A stretch of 64,000 bases of DNA from Actinomycetota bacterium (GCA_013152275.1 JAADGS010000026.1:62001-126000); one strand, 5' to 3'. Shown: positions 1 to 9,818, numbered from the stretch's first letter. Program-made: numbers and translations. The notes: generated by a model not told the origin, from the letters alone.

Positions 1-895
1 CGGGCCATACCGGGAAGAACATCAGCCACTGCTCGGGGTGGGCACGAATGATGCGCTCTACCTCGGCGAGCGTCTCACGCCACAGCGTGCCGGCGACGTC
101 GTCCTCTTCTATCTCCAGTGGATCGATCTGACTTCCGATGTTCAGACGGTACCGATCGTCGGGGGTTCGTTCCACCGAGATGATCTGCAGCAGAGCATCG
201 GTCGATGCCGCGAGCCTGGCAAACCCACTCCACAGGCGTGCGTCCTTGCCGAAGAACGTCGTTGTCTGCGCTCGTTTCCTTGGAGGAGGTGGCCGATCGA
301 CCGACGTGACCACGACGCCGCCGTTGCGCAGACGGGTTGCAGCTTCTCGCAGCGCATCGCCGGAGGACGGGGTGAGGATGAGTCCTTTGGTGGTCCGCAG
401 GTCATTCATGAGTTCATAGCCGGATGGGGGGAGCGCGTAGGAAAGAACCTGGATGTCGTAGGTGCCTGCGTGGGGGGAGGCGGCCAAGCCGATCCCGGCG
501 AGGTCCAGAGTGCTGACGTGTGGGGCCACGATGAGAATCCCCCGGCCGGGACGGTTGGCCGGATCGAGGATCTCCCAGAGTGCCTGCGGCATTTCGACCA
601 GGCGCCGGTTCTCTTCGATGGTCCCCCCGAGGGCGCGAAAGAAGTCGTAGCTTCCGCTTGCCGCGTGGAACAGGACCTCGTGGACGTAGGAATCGAGTCG
701 AGGGTCGTCAGGGGTGGTGTCGAGGACGACGGCCAGATTGGCTCGGATCGTTCGTGTGAGCGGCGTGTCGCGACGGGCGATCCAGCGTGTGATCCTTCTG
801 AGCACGGCGTAGCCGAACCGGCGTGGAACGAGAGCGCTGAGACGCATCGCGAGTCGGGTACCGGTACCTGTGACGAGAAAGTGCTGAAGGTTCAC
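1..895 (-). CDS. Lipid acyltransferase (LPLAT; lipid A lauroyl / PIM acyltransferase-like), 3' end runs off the window
   Basis: Manual translation of the minus strand from GTG 895: MNLQHFLVTG...RANLAVV...ILIVAPHVSTLDL (HxxxxD)...VVVTSVDRP...FFGKDARLWSGFARLA...IIRAHPEQWLMFFPVWP. Absent from the ORF track because no stop lies in the window. Confidence 0.85.
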   Translation of the reverse strand, partial: MNLQHFLVTGTGTRLAMRLSALVPRRFGYAVLRRITRWIARRDTPLTRTIRANLAVVLDTTPDDPRLDSYVHEVLFHAASGSYDFFRALGGTIEENRRLVEMPQALWEILDPANRPGRGILIVAPHVSTLDLAGIGLAASPHAGTYDIQVLSYALPPSGYELMNDLRTTKGLILTPSSGDALREAATRLRNGGVVVTSVDRPPPPRKRAQTTTFFGKDARLWSGFARLAASTDALLQIISVERTPDDRYRLNIGSQIDPLEIEEDDVAGTLWRETLAEVERIIRAHPEQWLMFFPVWP

Positions 896-1034
896 GAACG
901 ATCGTGTGCAGCGTAGCCGTGTGGTGCTGCGGGAATCCAGGCAGCGTATGCGGGAGACGGAGGCGGACGTCGGCTTCGAGGCATCTCGGGCGGTGGTCCC
1001 ACGGTTGTACGCTGGTGACTGCTGAAAGGATCAC

Positions 1035-1442
1035 ATGAGAGAACCGGCCACACATCTGCACATCGATCACCGGTTGTGTGGTCTGCCCGAGCTGCTCGAA
1101 GAAGGGCGGTCCGAAGTTCGGATGATCACCACCGAAGCGATGGCCGTCGATGACCGAGGGCTGGTGCACGGCGGGTTCATGTTCGGACTTGCCGACTACG
1201 CGGCCATGCTGGCGGTGAACGATCCGAATGTCGTGCTGGGAAGTGCCGATGTTCGCTTCAGGGCCCCGGTGCGGGTTGGTGATGAGGTCGTGGCGACGGC
1301 CAGGACGATGTCGGCCGATGGGCGGCGCCGAGAAGTCGAAGTGACCGTGGACCGTGAGGGAGAGACCGTGATGGGCGGTATCTTCACGTGCTTCGTCTTG
1401 GACCGTCATGTTTTGGAGGGTGACGACGATGCACGGCGGTGA
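1035..1442 (+). CDS. PaaI-family hot-dog thioesterase
   Basis: GLVHGGFMFGLADYAAM motif and VRFRAPVRVGD; overlaps the start of the next gene. Confidence 0.88.
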   Translation: MREPATHLHIDHRLCGLPELLEEGRSEVRMITTEAMAVDDRGLVHGGFMFGLADYAAMLAVNDPNVVLGSADVRFRAPVRVGDEVVATARTMSADGRRREVEVTVDREGETVMGGIFTCFVLDRHVLEGDDDARR

Positions 1443-3144
1443 CCGCATCGCCCGGGTACTCGTCGGCCATCAGGTCGAAACATTGTTCACGCTGTGTGGG
1501 GGACACATCTCACCGATCCTTTCCGGCGCGAAGGCCGCCGGTATCCACGTCGTCGATACACGACACGAGGCCGCAGCGGTATTTGGCGCCGACGCCACGG
1601 CTCGATTGAGCGGTGTGGCCGGCGTCGCTGCGGTCACCGCCGGGCCCGGTGTCACCAACGCCTTGACAGCCGTCCAGAACGCCTACCTGGCCCAGTCCCC
1701 GGTGGTGGTGCTCGGCGGCGCCGTGGCGACGGCTCTGAAGGGCAGGGGGGCGCTGCAGGACATCGACCAAGCCTCGGTCGTCCGCCCGCATGTCAAGGAG
1801 CTGTTCAGGGCTCGTCGGGTGCGGGATCTCGAACCGATGTTGTCCGAGGCGTTCCGAGTGGCCGTGTCGGATGTGCCCGGGCCGGTATTCGTCGAGGTGC
1901 CCGTCGACCTGCTGTATGCCGAGCAGACGGTTCGCGGCCTGTACCTGTCGGGAGGCGCGCCGAAGAGTCTCGCCGGTCGGCTGACCCGCCGCTATCTGCA
2001 ACGGCATGTCGACCGCCTGTTCTCCGACACCGACGGAGAGTTCGTAACCCGTCCGGCTCGGGTCCCTGTGCCCTCGAGGCTTGATGTGGAGCGGGCCGCA
2101 AGGTTGATTGCAGAGGCGAGCCGTCCGGTCCTGATCGTGGGCAGCGGTGCGATGCTGCTCCCCACAGAGGCTGCTGATGTTGCCGCAGCGGTGGAGGCTC
2201 TGGGCATGCCCACATGGCTGGCGGGAATGGCCCGGGGGCTTCTCGGGGTACGCCACCCGTCGCACCTGCGCCACCGACGTCGGGAGGCGCTGCGGGACGC
2301 CGATCTGGTGGTGCTCGCCGGTATGCCGATCGACTTTCGGCTCGACTACGGACGGGTGATCGGTCGCAACACGAACCTCGTCACGGCCGGCAGGGATGAA
2401 CGTTCGCTGTCGAAGAACCGTGCACCGACGGTGGCGGTTCCCGGCGACGCGGGACGTTTTCTCCAAGAGCTCGCGCAGCTTTCCGGAGGACATCGGTTCG
2501 ATGCCTGGTTGGAGCTGCTCCGGGGCCGCGATGTCGAGAGGGACGGCGAGATCGATCGGCAGGGCCGCGAACCCGTCGACCCGATCAACCCTCTCGGGCT
2601 TCTCCAACGCATCGACGCTGCGATGGCCGCCGACAGCGTCATCGTCGCCGACGGCGGCGACTTCGTTGCCTCTGCGGCGTACATCCTGTGGCCCCGCGGT
2701 CCGCTGCGGTGGCTGGACCCGGGTGTCTTCGGAACGCTCGGCGTCGGCGCCGGATTCGCGATGGCTGCGGCGTTGACGCATCCGGGCACGGAAGTGTGGT
2801 TGATGTACGGCGATGGTGCTGCAGGGTTCAGCCTCATGGAGTTCGATACGTTCGCTCGTCACGGATTGGGGGTCATCGCCGTGATAGGAAATGATGCCGG
2901 ATGGACCCAGATCGCCCGCGATCAGGTGACAATCCTCGGCGACGATGTGGGCACCGTCCTGTCACCATCGGACTACCACCTCGTTGCCGAAGCTCTGGGC
3001 GGGGTGGGGTTTCTGCTCGACTCCCCGGCGGACATCGATGGTGTGCTCACCGAGGCGAAAGCGCTGGCCGCGTCGGGTCGCGCGGTACTGATCAACGCCC
3101 GCATCGGCAAGACGGAGTTTCGCAAAGGCTCGATGTCGATGTGA
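1429..3144 (+). CDS. TPP-dependent enzyme, acetolactate synthase-like (ILVBL / 2-hydroxyacyl-CoA lyase-like)
   Basis: [44 protein letters not shown]...GND TPP motif, C-terminal FRKGSMSM. Confidence 0.88.
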   Translation: MHGGDRIARVLVGHQVETLFTLCGGHISPILSGAKAAGIHVVDTRHEAAAVFGADATARLSGVAGVAAVTAGPGVTNALTAVQNAYLAQSPVVVLGGAVATALKGRGALQDIDQASVVRPHVKELFRARRVRDLEPMLSEAFRVAVSDVPGPVFVEVPVDLLYAEQTVRGLYLSGGAPKSLAGRLTRRYLQRHVDRLFSDTDGEFVTRPARVPVPSRLDVERAARLIAEASRPVLIVGSGAMLLPTEAADVAAAVEALGMPTWLAGMARGLLGVRHPSHLRHRRREALRDADLVVLAGMPIDFRLDYGRVIGRNTNLVTAGRDERSLSKNRAPTVAVPGDAGRFLQELAQLSGGHRFDAWLELLRGRDVERDGEIDRQGREPVDPINPLGLLQRIDAAMAADSVIVADGGDFVASAAYILWPRGPLRWLDPGVFGTLGVGAGFAMAAALTHPGTEVWLMYGDGAAGFSLMEFDTFARHGLGVIAVIGNDAGWTQIARDQVTILGDDVGTVLSPSDYHLVAEALGGVGFLLDSPADIDGVLTEAKALAASGRAVLINARIGKTEFRKGSMSM

Positions 3145-3352
3145 TGTGAAGTGCCGGACCTCTCCCTTTCCGGGGATGTGGTGACGAGTGCGAGGGAGCT
3201 CGCCGACGGATACATGGCACGCATCTCGACGGCGATGCATCGCTCATCGACACAACTCACCCTGGCAGTGTCGTGGGATCGGACCGGCGTGATCTGCACC
3301 GACCCGTTACGTCTTCCGGCCGTTCGAAGCCGACGGCACCAGCCCTTAGGTT

Positions 3353-3417
3353 CGCCCCGCGCTCTTGCATCGAAAGTCGCGATACGAAATCCGGAACACC
3401 TGGTACCGGGTACCAGG
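3353..3417 (+). repeat. Dispersed head+heptamer element, copy A
   Basis: CGCCCCGCGCTCTTGCATCGAAAGTCGCGA then TACGAAA TCCGGAA CACCTGG TACCGGG TACCAGG. Confidence 0.7.
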
Positions 3418-3424
3418 GTCGGCA

Positions 3425-4282
3425 TCAGGGTGTCGGTACCTGCAAGGTCACCGTGCCGTTCCAGGTGCCGGCCGTGACATCCTTGGCGTACGTGACCTGG
3501 ATGGGTAGCTCATAGGTGCCGGGCGCGACTCCCGACACATCGAGACGGAACGCGGCGTAGTCGGATTCGCCGTCTTCGAGCCTGGCGTCATGGGCGAGGC
3601 TGGTGAAGGTTCTGCCCGCCGGGTAGGCCACGACGATGCCCGACGGTGGGTCGACGGTCATCTGGACGTCGTCGAGGCGAGGGGCTTTGCCGAGGAAGCC
3701 GATGTCGACCCAAGTGGCCGCTCCGTCGGCGGTGACGGTGGTGGTCACCTGTGCGAGGTCCGTTCCCGTGAACGACGTGACCGGAACTCTCACGGTGAAG
3801 TCCTTGGTGTGTGACCTGCGTCCAGAGGTGTAGGTTGCGGTCAGTCCGAGAGTCACACTCCCAGGAGTCTCGTAGGGGACCGTGATGTGGATGGCAGTGA
3901 AATCGATCTCTCCGTTGGAAAGGGTCGCGTCGGCCATCAGTGATGTGTAACTTCCGGTGTTCTCCGGATAGCGGATCTCCCAGCCCGGCTCCGGATTCTT
4001 GACCGTCACCTTGAAGTCCTTGGCATCGCCGCCCCTGGACTCCCAGAGGACCTGGATCCAAACCGAGTCACCGGCGACCACCGCGCCCGTTCTGGCCGTG
4101 AGTAGACGCACGGTCACGCCGTTGCCCATGCCCATGCCCGAGCGCCTTCCCATGGCGGTCGTGGTCTGCGCAGCGGCGGGCGACATGCCGGAGATGAGCA
4201 GGAGAGCAGCGACGGTGGTGACAAAACTCGCCTTCGCGAAGGCTATCCGTTGGTGGCGGCCGGCGGGGGTCAGGTGTTGCAT
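3425..4282 (-). CDS. Secreted protein with two tandem beta-rich (Ig-like) repeats
   Basis: Signal-peptide-like N-terminus ending PAAA-Q; repeated motif YP-x4-5-[YF]TSL-xx-DA-x-L-xx-GE-x-D; start chosen at ATG 4282. Confidence 0.7.
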   Translation of the reverse strand: MQHLTPAGRHQRIAFAKASFVTTVAALLLISGMSPAAAQTTTAMGRRSGMGMGNGVTVRLLTARTGAVVAGDSVWIQVLWESRGGDAKDFKVTVKNPEPGWEIRYPENTGSYTSLMADATLSNGEIDFTAIHITVPYETPGSVTLGLTATYTSGRRSHTKDFTVRVPVTSFTGTDLAQVTTTVTADGAATWVDIGFLGKAPRLDDVQMTVDPPSGIVVAYPAGRTFTSLAHDARLEDGESDYAAFRLDVSGVAPGTYELPIQVTYAKDVTAGTWNGTVTLQVPTP

Positions 4283-4563
4283 CGTTGGTCGTAGGCCTCT
4301 TGCACCTTCTGGCGCAGATCGAATTGGCTGGTCAGATTGTCTTTGAAGTGCCGGTACTGCGCGACGGACACGCCGTTGCCGGCGAGGCGACCGTCCAACT
4401 CGGCTTGAATGTCCGCCTGCGTGTCGAACGTGAAGCGCTGGACGTCGCACATCCATCGTCCTTCGATGGACGCCAACAGGTCGGCATCGTAAGAGGGCGC
4501 ACACCCGGCCACCAGGATGGCCACGATCACGGCGATGGCGACGGCGACAGTGACTCTTCGCAT
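4270..4563 (-). CDS. Putative lipoprotein
   Basis: MRR + hydrophobic stretch + lipobox VAGC; two further Cys (WMCD, QRC); overlaps the downstream gene start. Confidence 0.7.
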   Translation of the reverse strand: MRRVTVAVAIAVIVAILVAGCAPSYDADLLASIEGRWMCDVQRFTFDTQADIQAELDGRLAGNGVSVAQYRHFKDNLTSQFDLRQKVQEAYDQRCNT

Positions 4564-4769
4564 GAACTCGACATCGGCCGATACCCGCGGCGGCTTGAGG
4601 AAGAGATTGGGCCGGGAGATACGACGAGGGGTCATGCATGGAGAGCAGGGAGGCGTGCGCCGACAGGGCTTCGTCGGGATTGTGAGAAGACGTGCCCGAT
4701 CGGCACGCGTATGCACGAGAGACCGTGGGTCATGTCGAGAATGAATGCCGCCATGAGGCGTGCGACAGG

Positions 4770-6743
4770 CTACGGGCGCACGTATCGACCCAGTGCACGA
4801 TCCAGTTCCGGCCGGCCGACGACCAATTCGCTCTTGCCGTTCCGCAGCACCGTCAAGGCCGCTTCACGCAGCATCCCGGCAAGGTCGGCAAATGACAGGC
4901 CGTCGGTGCGCCGGGCCAGCTCATCCAGGTCCACATCGTCGGCAAAAGGTACATCCGACAAGCCCAGCAGGGCTCGGCGGGCATCAACTCCCGGCACGCC
5001 CAACTCCAGGTGCACCTCGAACCTTCCGGCTCGCAACAGCGCCGGGTCGATCAGATCCGGACGGTTCGTGGCTCCGATCACCGCCACGTTGCCACGTTCG
5101 GCAACGCCGTCCATCTCGGTGAGGAGCGCCGCTACCACCGAGTCGGTCACCGACGTGGTCGAACGTCCCCGCACCGGTGCCAGGGCGTCGAGCTCGTCGA
5201 AGAACAGGATCGCCGGCGAAGCCGCTCTCGCCCGGGCGAAGATCTCCCGAACGCCACGCTCGGACTCTCCGACGAACTTGTCCAGCAGCTCCGCACCCTT
5301 GATCGGAAAGAACGCCGCGCTGGACTCGTGTGCCAGCGCTCGCACGACGAAGGTCTTGCCCGTCCCTGGGGGCCCGTACAGCAGGACTCCTCGGGGTGGG
5401 TCGATGCCGAGCTGTTCAAATCGCCCGGGGCTGGTCACAGGCCAGATCACGGACTCCGTCAGCCGTTGTTTGACGTCTGACAGGTTCGCCACCTTCTCGA
5501 ACCCGTACGACGGCACTTCGCCCATGGCCGTCGAACCCAGCGACGGTACGGTCGACTCGACCGCCTCGAGGAGCAGGGCGGTCGTCAACTCCCCACCTCG
5601 GCGAGTTGCCAAAGCGGACGCGTGGACGACCGCCGCGGTGATGTCCGCACCGGAGAACCCGGCCGACCGGGCTGCCAACAGATCGAAGTCGAGATCCCTC
5701 GACGGTATCCGCTCCGTTGCCGCTTCGAACAGAAGCCGGCGCCGTTGCAGATCTGGTGGTGGGACGGTCAGTGTGCGGGGGAGCAGTGCCGACCCTGCCA
5801 GGATGTCATCCAGCGTCGCCGCCGACGTCACTCCCAGAACGCACGCCACACCGGAACGCTCCGCTATGGCGTCGAGGAACCAGCGCAAGATCGCAGCCAC
5901 CTGGGTGCGAAACGGTGCCAAGCCCTCTTCGCCGGCGACCGTCTCTACGCGGTCGACGAACAGCACCGCCGGTGCGGTGACCTGTTTCACGGCCTTCTCC
6001 AACACCGTCAACAGCCGGTCCGGTTTGAAGACCAGGTTGAGGTTCACCTCGGTCATCGCGGCGCCGGCCGCAGCTGCGGCAGCACCCACCAGTTCGGACT
6101 TGCCGCACCCGGTCGGTCCTTCGAGCTGCACACCGGCGACCTTCGGTAGGCCCCAGGCCGAGGGCAGGTCGTCGGGCGATGTCAGGAGCGTCAGCCATGC
6201 GGTGAGTGTCTCCAACTCCTCGTCGAGCCCGGCGAGGGCCGCCAGGTCGCGGGTACGACGCGGCGGCGCCACCGATGCGGCCGGAACAACGATCGACTCG
6301 GGCACGAACCGGGTGGCGGCGGTCACCATCCCTGCAGGGCCGGGGAAGACCGTCACGATCCGCAGAGGTACCGGACGATCGCCGCCGTCCGTGTAGGAAG
6401 GGTCTACCGCGAGCACATCACCCGGAGTGACAGGCCGACCCTGCAACGCGTGCACGAGTGTGCGGGCGTCGAGCGGAAGGTTGTCACCGGTGATCGTGAC
6501 CATCTCTGCAGTGGGCAGTATGGCTCGTCGTACCTCGACCACCTGGCCGGTCGTGACACCCGCGTTCGTGATCGCCTCGGGACCGAGTCGCAACGCGTTG
6601 ATCTCGGACAGGTCGGCGGGATGAACGATCGTATGGGTCGCACCGACCCGGATCACACCGCCGCCGGGCAGACCCATCGCCGAGAGCAGCGTCGCGTCGG
6701 CACCCGCAGTCGGGTCGGTGCCGGGGCGGACGGTGAAACGCAT
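4770..6743 (-). CDS. Cdc48/VAT-like double AAA+ ATPase (Cpa-like)
   Basis: N-domain; D1 GPTGCGKS with degenerate Walker B VLFVDRVE; D2 GPPGTGKT, ILFFDELD, ATNRPDLIDPALLRAGRF. Confidence 0.88.
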   Translation of the reverse strand: MRFTVRPGTDPTAGADATLLSAMGLPGGGVIRVGATHTIVHPADLSEINALRLGPEAITNAGVTTGQVVEVRRAILPTAEMVTITGDNLPLDARTLVHALQGRPVTPGDVLAVDPSYTDGGDRPVPLRIVTVFPGPAGMVTAATRFVPESIVVPAASVAPPRRTRDLAALAGLDEELETLTAWLTLLTSPDDLPSAWGLPKVAGVQLEGPTGCGKSELVGAAAAAAGAAMTEVNLNLVFKPDRLLTVLEKAVKQVTAPAVLFVDRVETVAGEEGLAPFRTQVAAILRWFLDAIAERSGVACVLGVTSAATLDDILAGSALLPRTLTVPPPDLQRRRLLFEAATERIPSRDLDFDLLAARSAGFSGADITAAVVHASALATRRGGELTTALLLEAVESTVPSLGSTAMGEVPSYGFEKVANLSDVKQRLTESVIWPVTSPGRFEQLGIDPPRGVLLYGPPGTGKTFVVRALAHESSAAFFPIKGAELLDKFVGESERGVREIFARARAASPAILFFDELDALAPVRGRSTTSVTDSVVAALLTEMDGVAERGNVAVIGATNRPDLIDPALLRAGRFEVHLELGVPGVDARRALLGLSDVPFADDVDLDELARRTDGLSFADLAGMLREAALTVLRNGKSELVVGRPELDRALGRYVRP

Positions 6744-6809
6744 CGAAGCAATCGTAGGTCGTGGTGGGAGTCGTAGGAAACGTCGGTTCTCGGAGGCGGC
6801 AGACTCCGG

Positions 6810-6837
6810 TACGAGGCACAACGCGCCCGGTGTCGTG
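6810..6837 (+). repeat. Heptamer tail only (partial element)
   Basis: TACGAGG CACAACG CGCCCGG TGTCGTG. Confidence 0.35.
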
Positions 6838-6932
6838 ATCCGTGGCCGTTTCACGGCCCATCGTCGCATCGGGACGGTCGTGAGCCTGGTTTCGGGCAAG
6901 GCCTCCGTGGCGTGTCGCTCGACACGACGACA

Positions 6933-8579
6933 TCAACGACGAGAGTCGACGTTCGCCAAAGAGAGCTCCGGGATCGGTCTACACGGCAGTGCCAGTGGTC
7001 CTGAGGCGTCCAGGAGACGAACGCGGCTACCGGCGAGCCATTGCCATATGAGATGAGCCTCTTCGGCGACCTGGACCGATGGCGGCGTCGGCGGCCACTC
7101 GTCTTCCAGGGTGGCGGTCGTGGAAGTGAGGGCCGGACCGGTCGACCCATTCCACGAGAGGACGAGACGGCCCCGTTCGATGAGGGCACCGTCGCCGCCA
7201 TCGGATTCAACCCGGAGCAGTCCGGCCCGGTTGAGGGCATGCCACTCACGGCGGCGCAGCAATGCCCTCGCCAGGGCACGATATCGGTCACGAGCCCACG
7301 TGGCCTCCTCAAAACGCCGGAGTGCCGCCATGTGCGACATCTTTGCTGCAAGCGGATCGAGGAGCAGGGAAGGATCCGCGGCGATGCCTCGACGGAGGAG
7401 ATCCACGATCGACGCGTATGCCGTCTCGGAGAGGCTCCCATCGCACGGGCACATCGACACGCCAAGTTGGGCGGCGGCACACCGTCCGTTGCGTTCACCC
7501 GGTCGGACGGTGCAGCGTCGAATCGGCAGAGCATCCCAGATGGCGGTCATCACGAGTTCGGCACTTCGTCGGCTTCGGAACGGCCCCAGGTAGGCCAGAC
7601 CGTCCTCCCGCTGGGTGCGTACGAGGGACAACCGTGGAAAGGCTTCCTTGGTCAGCTTGACCCAATGCGACGACTTCGGCGGCTTCGAGCGGCGATTGTG
7701 ACGAGGTCGGTAGGCGTGGATCAGTCGCAACTCGGTGACTTCGGCCTCGAGTTCGGTCGCGCAGACACGATGCTCGATCCTGTCGAGTTCCTGCAACATC
7801 GTCGTGACGGTCCGGCGATGGTCGCCATAGAAGTAGCTGCGGACCCTCGTTCTCAGGTTCTTGGCCTTGCCTACGTAGAACACGGTGTCGTTGCGATCGT
7901 GGAACAGGTAGACGCCCGGCCGGCGGGGTAGTGCATCGGTCAGATGGATCTTCGCATAGTGTTCGGACCCGCGTGCCGTCGGAAGTTGGAGAAGATCCTC
8001 GAGGGCGGTCACTCCGAGCGTTCCTGCCCGCTCGAGCAGACGATGCAGGATCCAGGCAGTGGCCCGCGCATCTTCGAGTGCGCGATGGGTGGGTTTGATC
8101 GGTGCACGAAAATGTGCAGCAAGCGTCGCCAACTTGAAGTTGCGAACCTCCTTGCGTACGAGGCGGCGCGCCAGACCCAGTGTGTCCACCCACCGGTTGC
8201 CGAGCTTCCCGTATCCGAGATCGAGCGCTGCCGCGTTGAGGAACGACAGGTCGAAGCGAACGTTGTGGCCAACGATCACCGCACCGCCGAGGAACTCGAG
8301 GAATGCGGGGAACACCTCGGCGATCTTGGGGGCGTTGATCACCATCGCGTGCGTGATTCCCGTCAGGATCGTGATGAACGGAGGGATCTCGCATCCTGGG
8401 TCGACGAGGGTCTGGAACGATCCGATCTCCTCGCCGCCTCGATACAGGACGGCGCCGATCTCGGTGATCGCGCAGTTCGGCGGCGTGGTGCCGGTGGTTT
8501 CGAGGTCGAGGACACAGAATGGTACGTCGCACAACGGTGCGCCCATCTCGTCAAAACTGCGCTGCACCGCGAGTGTCAC
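6933..8579 (-). CDS. DEDD 3'-5' exonuclease fused to GIY-YIG (UvrC/Cho-like) nuclease
   Basis: VLDLETTG, GHNVRFD, HRALEDA; PGVYLF...FYVGKAKNLRTRVRSYF; Cys cluster and a UvrB/C-interaction-like helix. Confidence 0.92.
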   Translation of the reverse strand: MTLAVQRSFDEMGAPLCDVPFCVLDLETTGTTPPNCAITEIGAVLYRGGEEIGSFQTLVDPGCEIPPFITILTGITHAMVINAPKIAEVFPAFLEFLGGAVIVGHNVRFDLSFLNAAALDLGYGKLGNRWVDTLGLARRLVRKEVRNFKLATLAAHFRAPIKPTHRALEDARATAWILHRLLERAGTLGVTALEDLLQLPTARGSEHYAKIHLTDALPRRPGVYLFHDRNDTVFYVGKAKNLRTRVRSYFYGDHRRTVTTMLQELDRIEHRVCATELEAEVTELRLIHAYRPRHNRRSKPPKSSHWVKLTKEAFPRLSLVRTQREDGLAYLGPFRSRRSAELVMTAIWDALPIRRCTVRPGERNGRCAAAQLGVSMCPCDGSLSETAYASIVDLLRRGIAADPSLLLDPLAAKMSHMAALRRFEEATWARDRYRALARALLRRREWHALNRAGLLRVESDGGDGALIERGRLVLSWNGSTGPALTSTTATLEDEWPPTPPSVQVAEEAHLIWQWLAGSRVRLLDASGPLALPCRPIPELSLANVDSRR

Positions 8580-8592
8580 GGTTCCCGTCTTC

Positions 8593-8606
8593 CGAACATG
8601 TGTTCG
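8593..8606. promoter_or_regulatory. LexA (SOS) box
   Basis: CGAACATGTGTTCG = CGAAC-N4-GTTCG, 13 nt upstream of the nuclease start codon. Confidence 0.88.
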
Positions 8607-8751
8607 ATGCTAGTGCCTCGACCGGCGACCTTCGCGGTGTTCTGCCGGCCAGGAACGCCGCTCGCTGCGTTCTCCGCCCCGACGCACCTGCCTCGGCATC
8701 GACACCCCGAACGTTACCGGCCAAGGCACGTGTCGGGATGAGTGACAGGAA

Positions 8752-8779
8752 CGGCTACCGGTTGTCGGCTGTCGCTTGT
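8752..8779 (+). repeat. Second heptamer family (CGGYTRY-like) overlapping the TrmH-family gene 3' end
   Basis: CGGCTAC CGGTTGT CGGCTGT CGCTTGT. Confidence 0.5.
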
Positions 8780-9585
8780 CGACGGGTTGAGCGTTGACGG
8801 ACGGCCTCGTACAGCATCACACCCGCGGCCATCGCCGCGTTGAGGCTGTCCGCGTCACCGAGCATCGGGATGCGGACCAGCTCATCGGCAGATCTCATCC
8901 ACATCTCGGACAGGCCGTATTGCTCCGAGCCGATCGCGAGCGCACTCGGTCCCCGGTAGTCGGCTTCCCAGTGGAGGCGTTCGGCGGCCGGGGTGGCGGC
9001 AAAGGTCTTGACATCGCGCGCCGCGAGCCATGCCAACGTCTCGGTGCTCGATGCGATGGCCAGCGGCACGAGGAACAGGCATCCCAACGACGCCCGCACG
9101 GCGTTCGGATTGAAAGGGTCGGTCGTCGGGTCGGAGACGATCACCGCATCGACCCCGGCGGCGTCGGCGGTCCTCAGCATGGTGCCGAGGTTCCCAGGCT
9201 TCTCGATCGACTCGACGACCAGCACGAGCGGGTTCTCTTTCAGCACGATGCGGTCCAGTTCCGTCGGAAACTGTCGGGCAAGACCGATGAGACCTTCCGG
9301 TCGGTCCCGGTAGCTGATCTTGCGGAAAGGGTCTTCGGCGAACTCGATGAGGCGAGCGCCGGCGGCTCCGGCGGCCTCGAGGAGAGAGTGCTCGTTGGGG
9401 CCAAGGAACAGCGGAGGGCAGTAGGCGACTTCTTCGAGTTGGATGTGGGAGGCGATCGCCCGGGTGAGTTCTCGATACCCCTCGATCATGAAGAGACCCT
9501 CGGCATCGCGATGACGCCGGTTACGGAGCCGCACGAGACGCTTGACACGCGGATTCTGAGTCGAGGTGATGCGAGATTCGGTCAC
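8755..9585 (-). CDS. TrmH/SpoU-family RNA 2'-O-methyltransferase
   Basis: ITSTQNPRVK, IEKPGNLGTMLRTADAAG, IGSEQYGL, IPMLGDADSLNAAMAA. Confidence 0.93.
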   Translation of the reverse strand: MTESRITSTQNPRVKRLVRLRNRRHRDAEGLFMIEGYRELTRAIASHIQLEEVAYCPPLFLGPNEHSLLEAAGAAGARLIEFAEDPFRKISYRDRPEGLIGLARQFPTELDRIVLKENPLVLVVESIEKPGNLGTMLRTADAAGVDAVIVSDPTTDPFNPNAVRASLGCLFLVPLAIASSTETLAWLAARDVKTFAATPAAERLHWEADYRGPSALAIGSEQYGLSEMWMRSADELVRIPMLGDADSLNAAMAAGVMLYEAVRQRSTRRQATADNR

Positions 9586-9818
9586 GACTTCGGCTCCAGG
9601 CGGGTCTCCTCGAGAGGCTTCGCCGTCAGATTCGTGCGAACGTCGGGCGCCGCAGCGCCGATACGCTCGTACGCCGGCAACATTCCCACGCCATCACCCC
9701 CGCCTTCGCCGGGACGGGCACCCGTGGTGACGCCATTGCCGCCGGAGTGAAGGTCGCGGATCGGTTTCATCTCACCATTCACATCCCGGGCCCCCTGCGT
9801 TGTGGAGGCCCTGGTCAC
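9582..9818 (-). pseudogene. Short coupled ORF, possible collapsed MFS (MHS-type) transporter remnant
   Basis: GTGA overlaps at both ends; fragments ARPGEGG, GMLPAYERIGAAAP and TAKPLEE resemble MHS-family motifs, but no TM helices remain. Confidence 0.3.

Noticed and set aside
38..916. 292-aa plus-strand ORF
   Set aside because: Antisense shadow of the minus-strand acyltransferase, which carries real family motifs.
4285..6396. 703-aa plus-strand ORF and other long antisense ORFs (e.g. 19840-21759, 22434-24218, 52865-54472)
   Set aside because: Low-complexity shadow frames of high-GC genes with no recognisable motifs.
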